The translations under genes and the position numbers were made by a program. Below are positions 14,367 through 27,263 of a stretch of 64,000 nt of DNA, piece after piece. The notes beneath the pieces are model-generated. The model was given only the letters and a program-made list of their open reading frames with translations, searched no databases and had not been told where the DNA came from. Location of the stretch: contig JANJGN010000009.1 in the NCBI GenBank assembly GCA_026770705.1, positions 24,800,001 through 24,864,000 on the forward strand. Reading direction: 5' to 3'. Every line of letters starts with the position of its first letter. Within the stretch, counting starts at the first letter, position 1. Source of the stretch: Isurus oxyrinchus. Taxonomy: Eukaryota.

Positions 14367-14755
14367 CCTCCCCCCTCCATCCCCACCCCCTTTCTGTTTC
14401 TTCCCCCTTCCTTTTGTTTTTTTCCAATAAATTATATAGATTTTTCTTTTTCCCACCTATTCCCATTATTTTAAAATATTTTTAAATATTTTATGCTCCC
14501 CCCACCCCCACTAGAGCTATACCTTGAGTGCCCTGCCATCCATTCTTAATTAGCACATTCGTTTAGATAATATCACCAACTTCGACACCTATGTGTTCTT
14601 TTGTTCTGCTGTCTGTGACATCTTTTGATGATATGCTTCTATCACTGCTTTTGCCTACAACCATACCACCCCCATCCACTTCTCTCCACCCACCCAACCC
14701 CACCCCCCCACCACCTTAAACCAGCTTATATTTTACCCCTTCCTGGGATTCGCCT

Positions 14756-14794
14756 AGTTCTGTCGAAGGGTCATGAGGACTCGAAACATCAACT
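14756..14794 (+). ncRNA. Minimal hammerhead-like motif (CUGUCGA; stem III G>A)
   Basis: agtt ctgtcga a gggtc atgag gactc gaaa catc aact; inverted counterpart of 11581-11619. Confidence 0.6.
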
Positions 14795-15866
14795 CTTTTC
14801 TTCTCCGCCGATGCTGCCAGACCTGCTGAGTTTTTCCAGGTAATTCTGTTTTTGTTTTTCTCACTTATTATATGCTCTGTGAGGCACAATGACCCAAACT
14901 GCATAGCATTTTTCAAGATTGTCCTCACCATAGACCTATATAATGCCAGTATAAATTGTCCTGACTTGCAATCCAATACCTTCCAGATGCATTCCATATT
15001 TGATTTGCCTGATTCATAAGCACCTTACATTGACGAACTTCTTCAGGGTATGATCAATGATCACTGGCTTACTCAGAATCTCTGAACAGGCCACCAAACG
15101 TTAACCGCCAGAACCTAGCCTATTTTGAATTTATAAAACCGATCAACAAGAACCATTGGAAATATTATGGTGCAGTTTTACTTCTTTTTAAACAAACATT
15201 TCTCTACTTTACCAAAACATACACTTACCTTAACCATCTCCAATTGTCCATTATGACCTTGCCATAGGTTTGAATGAAAAGGAAGTCTCCATTCGGTACA
15301 TCAACAGCACTTCCTGCTTTTCTCAGGCTTGTTCCAAACACAGGATATATCTCTTGCTTGAACTTTCGACAAAGCTCAGACTGAACACAAACCAGTTAAT
15401 TCCATCTAGACTCCCCAGAGTGAGCTTGCGAGTTGCCAAGCAGATGAGGTAAGCATATTTGGCAAACTGGAACCAGTGCTGAATTTGTTAGTCGTCAGTG
15501 TTTTGGTAATGATTGAGGTGCCATAATCCACAATGAGCTGCAGGTGCTTCAAGGGACTTGCCATAATATTACTGGAATAATAAGTTCAATTTGTCTTTAT
15601 TTCCCTCTTTTTTTGAAAACATATATAAAGAAAAAAATAACATCAAAGTTGTTATGTTCCTATTGTCATAAAACTATCTTTACACTTGTTCATGGTTTGG
15701 CACAGATTTTTGCAAGTAGTGCATGTGTTATTGTACATTATCACCGGTGAAGAAGCTCTATTGCTCTTAAGAGCATAGAGCCTGCAGTCTTACTACGATA
15801 TTTAATTTTTCAAGCTAAACAACAATTACATCTCTTCTAATTCCAGCACTTCCATTTTTTGTTTGA

Positions 15867-16029
15867 TCACTGACAAGGCCTCTGAATAATTCTTCTTTTG
15901 TGAAACATTATCCCGAAGAATACTAAACATAAGCGCAATTGTTTTGCTGGAAAAAAATTAATCTTCTTCAAACATAGGTAAAACTCAAAAGGCCCCATTT
16001 TTACTGAGAGCAAACTGCAGTCATTTTTG
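15867..16029 (-). CDS. nexmif: Candidate NEXMIF terminal coding exon (homolog of human exon 4, frame shifted)
   Basis: Acceptor ttgtttccctgcag|C at 16030/16029, 380 nt from the exon 3 donor. Spliced frame gives SKNDCSLLSVKMGPFEFYLCLKK...RPCQ*. Another frame gives F*VLPMFEED*, matching recalled human FWVLPVFEEE. Confidence 0.55.
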
Positions 16030-16409
16030 CTGCAGGGAAACAACCAAATAATTTATTCCATGGTTCAAAGGGTTTCAATTTTTTTTTTTGCAGAAGCTGT
16101 AGAAAATGTAGAGAGTCTACTAAAATGTTGTCAAGGATTAAGAAAAACTGAAGAAGTGAAATAGCAGTACTAATGGCAACCATGTTAATTATACCACAGC
16201 CAAGCCAGAACAAAGGTTATCCCTCAATTAGTTTTCCATTCTAGGAGATCTCATGCAAATAATTCCTTTCGAAAAGGGGGGAAAAAAAACTGCCTCTGGC
16301 ATGCAATTCGTGCGTCAAAAAAGGGGGGGAAAATAAGGGGACAGTGCCTGGGCTTAGAAGGTGCTGGGAAAGCAAAGGGTGCATCACAGCCACTGCAGTG
16401 CTGTATTAC

Positions 16410-19400
16410 CTCAGTTTTTCAAGAGAGGCTGTCACAGATGGGCTCTTGTGTTGCTGTTCGTGCTCTGCTCTCTTTACCTTACTCTTTTCATCCCCTGACA
16501 ATTTTAATGTTGCTTTGTGACGGTACATTTTTTTGTGGATGGGACCGTTACTGGCAGGAATACTTGAAGTATCAGAGCTTCTGTCAAAAATGCCACCTCG
16601 CATGCCAGAACTGAAATGAAATTCATTGTTAGGACCGGTTGGTGCAGCAATATGAGGAACTGTGGATTTTGCAGGATTTTTGTTACTTAAGGCCTTGGCT
16701 GTTGCTCTCCGGTTTTTAGCAGGCAAAGAACTATTTGATTTCTTTTTGGATTCTGACATTGTACCACCCAAAATATTCAAAGTTTTCCATTTCAGGCTGT
16801 TTACCTCAAGTGACTGGCAAGTACCTGAGGCAATGCTATGCCCCCCGGGGCTCCAGATCGGTTCAATAGAAGCCATCATAAAACGCTGAACTTCAGCCAT
16901 TCCAGAGGCAATATTAGAAAGTATATTACTGGGTTCTTCAAATTCTCTCTGGTCATCAACTAAGAGATTATTATTGTTTGCAGCACTCTGCCCACACCAA
17001 CCAACACTGGCCTTTTTACTCAAAGGCCAGGTACTATTTCCCCCATTTTGTTTTCTACCCCGTACAGCGGCAGGACCGCGGTGTGGAAGGGTCTCATTAA
17101 GCAGCTGAACACAAGGTGATATGCTGTTTTTATTAACAAGTGCATCCAATGACTTGCTGTTAGCTGAAGGCAGCTGCGCCTGATCATTCCTTTTAGCGTG
17201 CGTTGCACTGATTGATTTTTTCGAGTTTTTGGAAGTGCCAGGATTCTGACGCGAATTACTTTTGTTTTGAGTTTTCTCGGTAGCTTTAGCAGATTTTGGC
17301 TTCCTTGGTTTTTTTGCACCTTTTGGGATTGCACTTTGGTTTGGGCCCACATGCTTACTTGAGGTGCTTTTCTTCTTAGCTTTTTGTCCCCTATTACTGT
17401 TGTTTAATTTCAGCATGCCAGCTTGTTTTTCAAATGGGCTTGTTTCAGTCATCTCACTGGTATCTTCGCTATTAAAGGTATGAAATTGAAACTGATGATT
17501 ATTCAAAATAAATGTCTCAGTTGATTGATCATGTGTCTGGGGTACTGAGCCCCATTTCATTTTATTTGCATCTCCAAGCATTGTTTGAGCCTGGTCCTGA
17601 AAGTCTTTGGGTTTGCCTGATGTTTTGGCCTCTGGTCCCACCATTTCCGGTGAGAGGTCGGGTGTAATTGGTGGGGAAATTTCAGACAGTGTCACTTGCC
17701 TGAATCGATCGGGAGTAAAGTTTGAAATGTCAAGGAGATCAGCAGATTCCTTTAGAGGTGCAACTTCATCAACACTTTGCTGAATTACTAGCTTTGGGCT
17801 GCAATGGGCTAAAAAGTCATCACTCATATCATCCTCACCATCATTTTCACATGACTTCAAACTTAAAGAGCTAAAATTATTGGTGCTTGCTGACAAAGAA
17901 CCTACTGAATCAAAACTGATGAGTCTGGTGTCATCTGGAGCTACTGAATCTCGATGGAGCTGAAAATTGCCATCACTGTCTTCTATTATGCATGATTGAT
18001 AGCTGGTATTTGACTGCAATGGCTGGGTATGGGAATAATTCTTGCTAAGCACAAGTTCATCACTCTGTATTTCTATTTGTTGATAATTGTCATTAATGGT
18101 TCTTGAAAGATTAGTGCCTTCTATTGGTAGTGATACTACACCAACCATGCTAGTTGACAGAATGGCAGGTGCTCTGCCAACAGCTGAATACTCCTGTTTT
18201 GCATGCCACAATTTTTCAAAGCTTTGTTTATCTTCCTGATAAAGAGGGGACTGTTGCTGTTCGGATTCAGAGGGAGGGGACATTACACAACTTTGCGTGA
18301 GGTTTGAAGGGTTGAAATGATTCAGTTGCTTGGAAGCAACAACAGAATGATGTGGGAAGTAGGACAGCCCAGTATGGTTTATGGAATCGGATGCATCCAG
18401 CAGTGTCTGCAAATACCCCCCAGGGATTACTTGCACAGTAGAGGCAGCATTAGCAGATGGCACAGTCTTCTCAGAAGAGCAGGTGGCGGGTGAAAAAGTA
18501 GAATTCTTAGCAGCAGCCTTTGCATGGCACGATTTAGATAAATGGGAGTTGTCTGGGACACAATGAATGGCATTAGTCAGAAGGCTACCTGAACTACTCT
18601 GTCTCGTTACAGCTGAATCCATTTCGCTTGCATTTGTCATTGTCTCAAAGTCATTATTTACTGCCATCTTGATCTTTTTGCTGGTGTTTTTCAGTTTGGC
18701 TTCTGCTTTTAATTTCAGTCTTTTTAGCCTGCCTTTCTCCTTTACTCTGTTGTCAAACTTTCCTTGCGATTTGCTTCTCATTGAAACAGTCCCTGATGTA
18801 ATGTTGGTGGAACATGAACCATTTGCACAGCTAGGGATTTCTATTGCAACTGTCTGGGCATCGGCAAAGTCCACCTCTTCTCTATCAGCACAGGTCAGCC
18901 TTTGCGTTTCAGCCGGGTCAAAAGAGCATGCAATCTGCTTGTTGGGTCCCAACTCAAGTCGAACTCTACGTGCCCTGTGTCTGTTTGCAATTTGTTTGCT
19001 TTTCCTCTTGGCAGGATGAGAAAGAAACACATTAGACACCGCACTATTTAAATGCAGCCTCTTCCTTCTTTCAGTAGGCACTGACAACAGATGCTTAGAT
19101 TGTTTTTGGCACCAAAATTCTTTTAAAGGTGCAAGTTTTTCATATTTACCTAGTGCTTCAGCAGTCAAATTGACACTTGTCTGAGTAGCATCAATTTTAC
19201 TGACTTTCACTCGCATATCCTTTTGACCTTTGAACCTATTGATGATTATATATTTAATAATAACCGGCGGTCCTCTCCGAGCTGACTTTCGGCGCTTTCG
19301 TGGGCACCATTCATCATCATCTTCTTTCTTAGGACCATCAGCCGGCCACTCTTTCTTTCCAGAAATCTTTTCACTTTCTATGGAGTCAACATCGTACAAG

Positions 19401-20712
19401 TAGTCATCACTATACCGTACTTTCCTTTTGGCACGCAAAGCATAATTTAGTTGACCAGAGCAATTTGCATTTTGTCTCGAAAGATACCTAATACTATCCA
19501 TGTTCCCTTTAATGGTGTCATAAGAGGAATCTGTTCCATAACTGTCATCACTGTACTCTCCTGAATCTTCTACGGAATGATTTGCTTCAAAGAAATGATT
19601 TCTTTTAGAAGTTGCATACAGCTTTACATCCACTGTGCTACCATATTTTTGCATTCCCGCCCTCTCTTCCGATTGGTCATCTTCATCCCAGATGTCAATC
19701 TCATCAGATTTGATTTGTGATGGATCTGAGTTCATTTTCAGGGACGCTTTGCCTTCCTTTTTTGTGCAGTTTGAGATGACATTAGGAAAAAAGCTTAACT
19801 GTGCTTCTTCCTGAAGTACATTCGTCTTTTCCCTGACATTGTCTTGAAAGGATTCGTACCTAATCTTTAAAGAGCAGACATCGCTGCTGAGAGTCGATTC
19901 ATCATCAAACATGTAATTGTCCACCTCTTCCTCTGCAAAAAGATTGACTGAAAGCTCATTTTTTGAGCACAGGTCGAGCAGTTCTATTTTGCTTTCGCTA
20001 ATAAAAGACTCAAAATAAGCCCAATCCTGGCTAGGATTCGACAGTAAAGCTTCCTCTCCGTTGCATTTGTCCAGCAGTAATCCTTCGTAGTAATGTTTTT
20101 GAGTAATATCTTCCGACTCACTGTCAGATTTCTCCACATCTCTTTTGTCTGTAGTCCTAGATTTGTGCACAGTAAAGCTTAACAGTTGGTCTGAAAGCAG
20201 CTGATCCCCATATCTTGCACTTTCTCCTGTACTCATGCACTGAATCCCTATGTCAGAGACCGAACAGGTGTCACAATCCTTGTTCATGTCACCTATTTTC
20301 ATGCTTATTCCAGGTTCTGCATCAATGCTTTCTTTTGACTCAATGAAGCAGCCCAAACAGGTTCTGCTCTGCTGCATCAAACAATCGTCAGACAGCGCCG
20401 AAATGCCTTTGGGCTCCATATACCTGAATGGGGCTTTGTCAGAATCCTCTGGTACGGACAAATAACTCACACCCTTTGTAACACAAGATGTAAGGGAAAT
20501 GGCATGCGTGGAGGAATCATTTGAAGTATGTTCAGGCACATCAGCTAGTCTTAGAGGAGAGGGTGGGTCCAACAGGCAGGCCTCTTTTGAAGTTGGTAAA
20601 GATAACACCCTGTGGCCCAGTTCATTTTCTTTTGGTGAAATGAAAGATGATAAGGTAACTGCAACATCTGCTGCACTGTAAGACTTCATAATTTTCCCTG
20701 CACCACATGATT
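16410..20712 (-). CDS. nexmif: NEXMIF / KIAA2022 (neurite extension and migration factor), large coding exon
   Basis: 1427-aa ORF with NEXMIF blocks SRTCLGCFIESK, FISESKIELLDLCSKNELSVNLF, LRAKRKVRYSDDYLYDVDS, PPVIIKYIIINRFKG, VIPGGYLQTLLDASD, DDFLAHCSPKLVIQQS, ILSNIASGMAEVQRFMMASIEP, ..EKLR. Phase-1 acceptor ttcttccttccatgtag|AA at 20713/20712; donor AG|GTAATA at 16410/16409. Confidence 0.97.
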
Positions 20713-22847
20713 CTACATGGAAGGAAGAAAGTTAAATAATTTCAATATACAGTAATACAGTTCCCATTTTAGGCTATGGAGATAAACATTTTAAAGTACA
20801 TGACTAAAGAGAGATAAGAAAAATTACACATAAATGTCTTCAATCTTGAACCAAGAGGAATAATTTTGGCATAAGGGAACTGAAGTAGCCAGCATACAGA
20901 ATTTATTATTGCTATCAAACTACAATTATCTCAACAGAAGCTGAAAGGATATGGCAGAACTTGTTAAAATCTCATTATGATTATGGCTATAGCTCAGTTT
21001 TCATCCAGGCTCCAATTCAGTGTTATTCTGAGAATTATTCATTCAGTTAATTTGTTAATTAATCTTTCATTAAAATGTGTCATTGGGGCAAAAAACGAAT
21101 GATCACAGTTTTGAAAAACTGATCACCTAAGTAAGTATGGATGTAAACTGTGAAATTTTAACAGATTGGAATCTGCTTTTACAACCACAACAACAAAAAG
21201 GAAGGTTTGAGTGGAATGCTAATTCTGCTGACCTTTATGTTTCGACCATTTTTATCCAATGACTTACTGTTTATATATCATATACACTATACGCATACAC
21301 TGTCAATCTCATCAGTTGATTGTCTGTATCATTGCACACTAAGACTCAAGCCCAAGTGCAGTCTTTAGGGAAAACAAGATTAGAGGGGGAAATAATTGGG
21401 TGCGCAGACACTTAAAAATTATACATTCTGCATATATTGTTATATTTGCCAACACGTCTATATTGATAAAGGAAGCTGCATACATAAAATTGCCAATGTT
21501 ATCACACCCTCCTACCAGTGGTGTTGCAGTAGGGGATGTGTGGCGGTGGTTGGGGAGGGGTAGGGGGAGGGTGTGGGAGGATCAGGGCAGGGATTTTATT
21601 GCAGCATGACAAGTTTATACAGGAAGTTTTTGTTAAATTGTGGACAAAATGATTTACCATATTAAAAAAAAAGTTGACATTCAATGTGCACAAACAAAAT
21701 ACTGGTTGACATCCTATAGTCAAGATCAGGTATAATATTCAGGTGAAGTGGGTTTTGAAGACATTGGACAATTGAAGAGGGGTGCATGGGCATGATTCAG
21801 TCCCCATTTTAAAATCAAACCTCCTGTTATTTTTATACTTTCATTATAAACTCCTATGCCCACATGCATAATGCAAACTCCCTATGTAAACTTGTCATGC
21901 AGTATCACACCACCCCACCTGTGGTCACTGCAGCATCTGCATTGAGGCATAAAGCAAAACAAAATAACATAGCCAAATTTTATTATATGTGGTCATAAGA
22001 ATTTATAATGGAATATGTTTACAGGACGAGCAAGAATTTTGATATGTTATAGATAAATGTTGTAATTAAAAATTCTAAGCATTGCTTGCAATTTTCTCAG
22101 CAGCAAGAAAAGCAGTGAATCTTAATAACTACTCATTTTCAACAGACATTTCTATGTTCAACCAGAAGTAGCAGCCAACTTCTGGAACATTTTTAAATAT
22201 ATCGACAATCCAAATGCCCGATCTTTTAACAAAAATTTTAAAGCTTAGCATTTTTTCGGGAATGCTTAAATGTGAAGAAAATGTGAAGAAAATTTAACCA
22301 TTACATTTTGTCCCTAATGCTACAATGGTGACAAACAAGGAAAGATTCCAAATCCATCACACATCCTTGACTGCAACCAAACATGGTCTTCACTTTTGAA
22401 TTAGGTCAAAACGACTTTTTTAAAAATAACAATTTTTTGAAGGTAAGGCAATAATATAGTCCATTAAAAAAAAACACCAAACCATGGCACAGAGCATTAG
22501 ATAGTTTTACATCCATGAGACCCTGCTGTCAGTCATGCCATTAGGAAGGTTAGCGAGCCCGCAGCAGTAAGTTCACTACAGTGAGAGGATGAAAGTTGGT
22601 GACCAGGCCCTCAGTCGATTGTATCTCCTGGCAGCAAATTACGGAGCAGAACTGTAGAGGTTTAGGGAGAGAATGCTTTGCCAAGATTGATGCAAAGGAT
22701 TAAAATAGGGGAAAAATAGAAATGTTCCCTTAGCCATTTTTAAAATATATTCTAGTTTACATTTTTCAATTTAATTTCATGAGTCATCACTCTTTTCTGC
22801 TCAACAAGTTACCAGTGCTGTGAAACTGAGTACTTCTCTGCCTTAAT

Positions 22848-23635
22848 ATAAAAGTAAAATACTGCGGATGCTGGGATCCGAAATGAAAACAGAAAATGCT
22901 GGCAACATCTGTGCAGAGAGAAACAGAGAAAAGACACGATAAATAAAGAAGGGAGAATATATCAAAATGGACAGAGTTCCTGGTCTCAAGTTGTTGAACT
23001 CAATGTTAAGTCCAGAAGGCTGTAAAATGCCTAATCAGAAGATGAGATGCTGTTCCTCTAGTATGCGTTGGAATTCACTTGAACATTGTAGAAGGCCGAA
23101 GACAGAAATGTGAGTATGAGAGCAAGATGGTGAATTGAAATGGCAAGCGATAGGAAAGTCGAACTGAGCAAGGATGTTCCACAAAGCAGTCACCCAGCCT
23201 ACATTTAGATTTCTTTCCCCAATCCCATCCCCTCACCTCCCCTTCTCCCTGTCCATAAGTCCTAGCCTTTGCCTTGTTCCCATGTTTTGCTTTCAGAAAG
23301 CATGTCCCCTGTTCTGCTTTCAACATATTCTACCAACTGATGTTAGGCTACTATTAACACCTGCTTTAGTCTTTAACACCATCAATACTACTCTCTTTGT
23401 CTTGTGTCCATGACATCTTTGTCATTTTATCCCTCCTGACCTCTAACCTATCCATGATCTTCTATTTTTCTCCACCCATTCCACCCCCACGCTTGTCAAC
23501 AGCATAAAACCCATCACATCTCTACTTCGCTTCAGCTCTGAAAAAGAGTCGTATGGACTTGAAATGTTAACTTTCTTTCTCTCTCCACAGATGCTGCCAG
23601 ACCTGCTGAGTTTTGTCAGCAATTTCTGCTTTTAC
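22848..23635. mobile_element. Degenerate fold-back Penelope-like element
   Basis: Left part is a minus-oriented PLE 3' end with tail (actgcggatgctgg) and GIY-YIG C-terminal remnant. Right part is a plus-oriented 3' end with a mutated hammerhead at 23534-23572 (ctgaaaa a gagtc gtatg gactt gaaa tgtt aact). Confidence 0.8.
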
Positions 23636-24218
23636 TTCTTTACATTTGTCATCCAGTATCTACATCAAACATTCCCAAAATCACCAAAGCAGGGATGGTA
23701 AAGTTCCTTCTTTGTCAGTCAAGTATATTGTTAGAGCAGCAATCGCAGATAATCATGCCCAGTGCACTGTACCAGGGTGATGTTTTCATTTTCCATAGTA
23801 GCCATTCTTGTGGCTTCTATGGAGAAACGTGTCAATTCTATGCCAATTAAATGTAGGGGGTATCATGTTTAATGCCCACAAGGTTCTGGGTAAATACTGA
23901 CCAAAATTATCTCATGGAGACTCTTACAACTGTGAAAGAGAGACTTTTATGTTATCAGCATGAGATTCAAAATCCAGTCTCAGAATTTAAAGTTACTAAC
24001 TCATTGTACCACCCAGTCTCCCATTTTCATTCACAGATTTAGTATAGATTACTACTTTAAAAAAATCCAATCAACCAAAAGGAGTACAAATATTATCAGC
24101 AATGACTCAAAGCTAACATTACCATTTTCACAAACATACTGAGCCTTACCATTACATGACTAGTCTCTTTCCAAGCTCTTTCGTGCTATCTCGCCAGCTT
24201 GTTTCCCAAATAAGCCTA

Positions 24219-25479
24219 TGGCAGAATCATTCCAAATATGCACTAAACGCGGTAGCGGGCAGTTAAAATGATGTTTTACCCGCCGGCCACAATGGTGGCT
24301 TTTCACACCGTAGCATCCCAAACCAGCCACATTAATTATGCATTCCCGGGATACATGCCATTTCGATGGGTGGGCAGGCTCTGATTTGCCTGCCATGCTG
24401 TCACCTTGTTGCTACAGCACGCCAGTCACCACATTTAAAGTAGAGCCGCACTCAGTGCTTCCAGCCCAGGACTGCAGCAAAGAAGACATGGCCCCGAAAG
24501 GCAAGAAGACTGCAGCCCTCAAGCACCTTTTGGATGCCTGGAGGCCTGCTGTGATGTCCTCTACCCCAGCTCTGGCCACAGGAGCGGCAGCTACATTACC
24601 ACTCCGCTTGGCAGGTGATGGCAGTGGTGATCAGTGCCAATGTTGCACAGAAGAGGTTGGCCATCCAATGCAGATAGAGGATGAATGATCTCATCTGTGC
24701 AGCCAGGATATGGCAACCATCTCACCACTCTCAACTCAGATACTCAAGCCCATCACTCATTCACTGGCATCTCACTCACTGCCAGCTCAAGGGACATTAC
24801 CACCCATTCTCACTCTCATACCTTCACATATCCATCTGGCCTCATCTCCTCTGGAGATTGCCTCCTCACCCCTCACTATCTTGAGGCCATTTGCATAGAT
24901 CAACATGAGCCCCACACGCACCCTGGGATACCCTCCTTCCCAAGTACAGCTCTTATCCTGCAGGTCTTCCCTTGTCTGAGGCCTCTTCTCCCCCTTCCCT
25001 GAGCAAGACTTTGCCCTGCAGCTGTTGAAAAGCCACCCACATATGGCTGATCTGGTAGGTAGAGACCTACCAGGGGCTCCCCTAAAAGTGTCTGTGAAGC
25101 CTGGCGCTGATGACTACGAGTGCTGACCGAAGCAATGTAGGCAAAAAAACCTTGAAGTCCCGAGCAAAGTGCAGCCCGCCAAGTGCACGCTTTATATATG
25201 CTGTTGTGAAACACATTGGCGTGTTTTCCCACCGACGCGGGTGGATGATCCAGCTGGGGAGGGTTGAGTCTGGCGGGCTGGCCTTATAATGATCTGCTGA
25301 TGTATTACAATGAGGTTCCCAACATCCGATGGTGGGGAAGGCAGCCCACTATCGACGGGCGGAGCGGACAATTGCAAACTGGTTTCATGTCATGAAACCA
25401 ATTTTTGGCCTTCTCAGCATATTGTCCACTCACGCCACCGAACATGCCCAATGCCAGTGGGCACGGAAAATCCCAGCCC
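24219..25479 (+). mobile_element. PIF/Harbinger-type DNA transposon derivative with decayed Myb/SANT-like ORF
   Basis: GC-rich; termini (t)ggcagaatc../..aatcccagccc followed by TAA. 24488-24710 translates with frameshifts to MAPKGKK..LLDA..DVLYP..AWQVMAVVISA..KR..IQC..RMNDL. Confidence 0.7.
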
Positions 25480-25654
25480 TAACGTTTAAGCAACAAGTTT
25501 TTTTAAATGCAGACTGTTAAAACCTTTCCTCTCAGCGCTCACACTCCTTTCATTTTATTGTAAGAAGTCTGTATGGAAAGGCTCAGAAGAAGCCCGATGG
25601 GCCATCTTCTCTGATATGTTCTCTAACTTGAAAATATAATAATTTTCATAATAT

Positions 25655-26683
25655 TGTGGTGATTTATTGTAAAGGTTGGTTAATAATGAAATTTGGATTA
25701 ATTTCTCTGTGTGTATGTGTGTGTGTGTGAGGGATTTAATTGAATTAGAGACAGCTGGTCTGGAGCTTTTGAGTGATCAGAAGGTAAGCTAGATTTGAAG
25801 TGCTAAATACCTAAACATGGCTGAAGTTTTCAAATGTGAGGTGTGAGGAACATTTGCATTTTTAGGTAAAACAGAGTAGTTTGAATTTCAAAGATGATAA
25901 GATATTACACGTAGCCATATGAAGCTAAGTCAAACAGTGTGTTTATTTTTGCCAAAGGTTACTGATAATATGAGTACTATGGAAGATTTATATTGTGGAA
26001 AAAGTAAAGTTGCAAGGACATATTGGAATAATGGAATTTATATTAAAAAGGGAAAAACATGATTAAAGGAGATGAGGTTATGTGTGAGGAGCAAGGCCAT
26101 TCTAAGATTTAACAAGTGTGAAAAACTTCCAGCCTCTGGATATCAAGTTGCTGTCTACAGGAACTGAAGCTAAGGAACTCACTGTGAATATCACTCTCCA
26201 GGGTACTGTGTGCTTTGCCTGGGTCTGTTGAAATGTATTTGTTTTTATTGTTGCATATTTTCCTGCCAACGTGGGTGGACGATTCAACAGGTGGTGGTGG
26301 GTGGGGGTGGGGGGGGGAGGGGGGTTAGTGGTATGTGGATGAGTCCGGCGGGGTGGCCTTATAATTACATGATGATGCATTACAACCAGGTTCCCAACAA
26401 TTACACCAGAGCTGTAACTGGGGCTCAGATTAATTAGGGGAGCTAGGAGTTATCATAGTAGTAATTTGTAAACCTATGTATATGCTTAAAATCTTTTCTT
26501 CTGTTAATAAATGTTTAAGTTAGTTTTGCAAAAACCTCTAAGTCTTGGTGGACTCATTATTATTGAATTCAAGGCACTCATCTTAAAATAAAATACAAAT
26601 TGCTAAAACAGTTGTGGCAGTTGCTTCAAGTTTCCCTCTGGGATTTCAGCAGCTTAGCATTTACCATCTGCTGTGCCATAACA
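25655..26683 (+). mobile_element. Probable solo LTR, interrupted by a Harbinger-like fragment at ~26250-26400
   Basis: TGT...ccataACA termini and internal AATAAA near 26506; no TSD found. Confidence 0.45.
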
Positions 26684-27263
26684 CTCTCCACTTTGGAAAC
26701 TATGAGCCTTCTGGAAATTTCCTGACTCTTTGGATTTTCCTCGGTAGAAAGTACCCCAAATTGCTCGATTTTCATTCCGGAGAGGTGAGTGTGGAATGGG
26801 GTTGGACCTGCCAACTCTGGAAGCAGAGCATAGGTGGCCAACTCAATTCCAACTCATGTCCCCCACCCCTGCCCCCAATGGCCCATCAAACCCTCCATAC
26901 CAACTCATGCCCTCCACCAACCTCATGGCCCCTCATACCCTCCATAACCACTCACCCAGTATCTACCATAGGCAGACCTCAGAAGCCATGTGGAGATGAA
27001 AGAAAATAAAGTTCTAACAATCTGCTACAGCTCTCACTCATACACACTTGATAGTGAAAAAAAACTCCCATTCATAAAACCCATTCAGAGTTTTTAAATC
27101 TCAATTGGTTAATCTCTTATGAAAAGAACTTCTCTTCAGGCCCCATGTTAAAGACAACTAATCCTTTAATAACCTATTTAAATTGCCAATCGCACTGTGA
27201 ACTCAGAAACCCCTAAAATAATTGTGGCTTTTGAAACTCAGCCAAACATTCATGGTGATTTAA

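Larger units (their letters stand above)
11486..14858 (+). mobile_element. Penelope-like retroelement (Neptune-type), 5'-truncated, with inverted 3' arm
   Basis: RT + GIY-YIG coding region. 11486-12157 is an inverted copy of 14220-14858 plus a ~30-nt extra tail. TSD tctYacttattatat at 11471-11485 and 14859-14873. Confidence 0.93.

Noticed and set aside
12080-14386. Overlapping Pro/Ser-rich ORFs of 226-228 aa (also 304 aa at 42067-42981)
   Set aside because: Alternative frames of the C-rich PLE coding strand, not independent genes.
18381-19035. Plus-strand ORFs of 61-150 aa opposite the nexmif exon
   Set aside because: Antisense shadows of a long coding exon.
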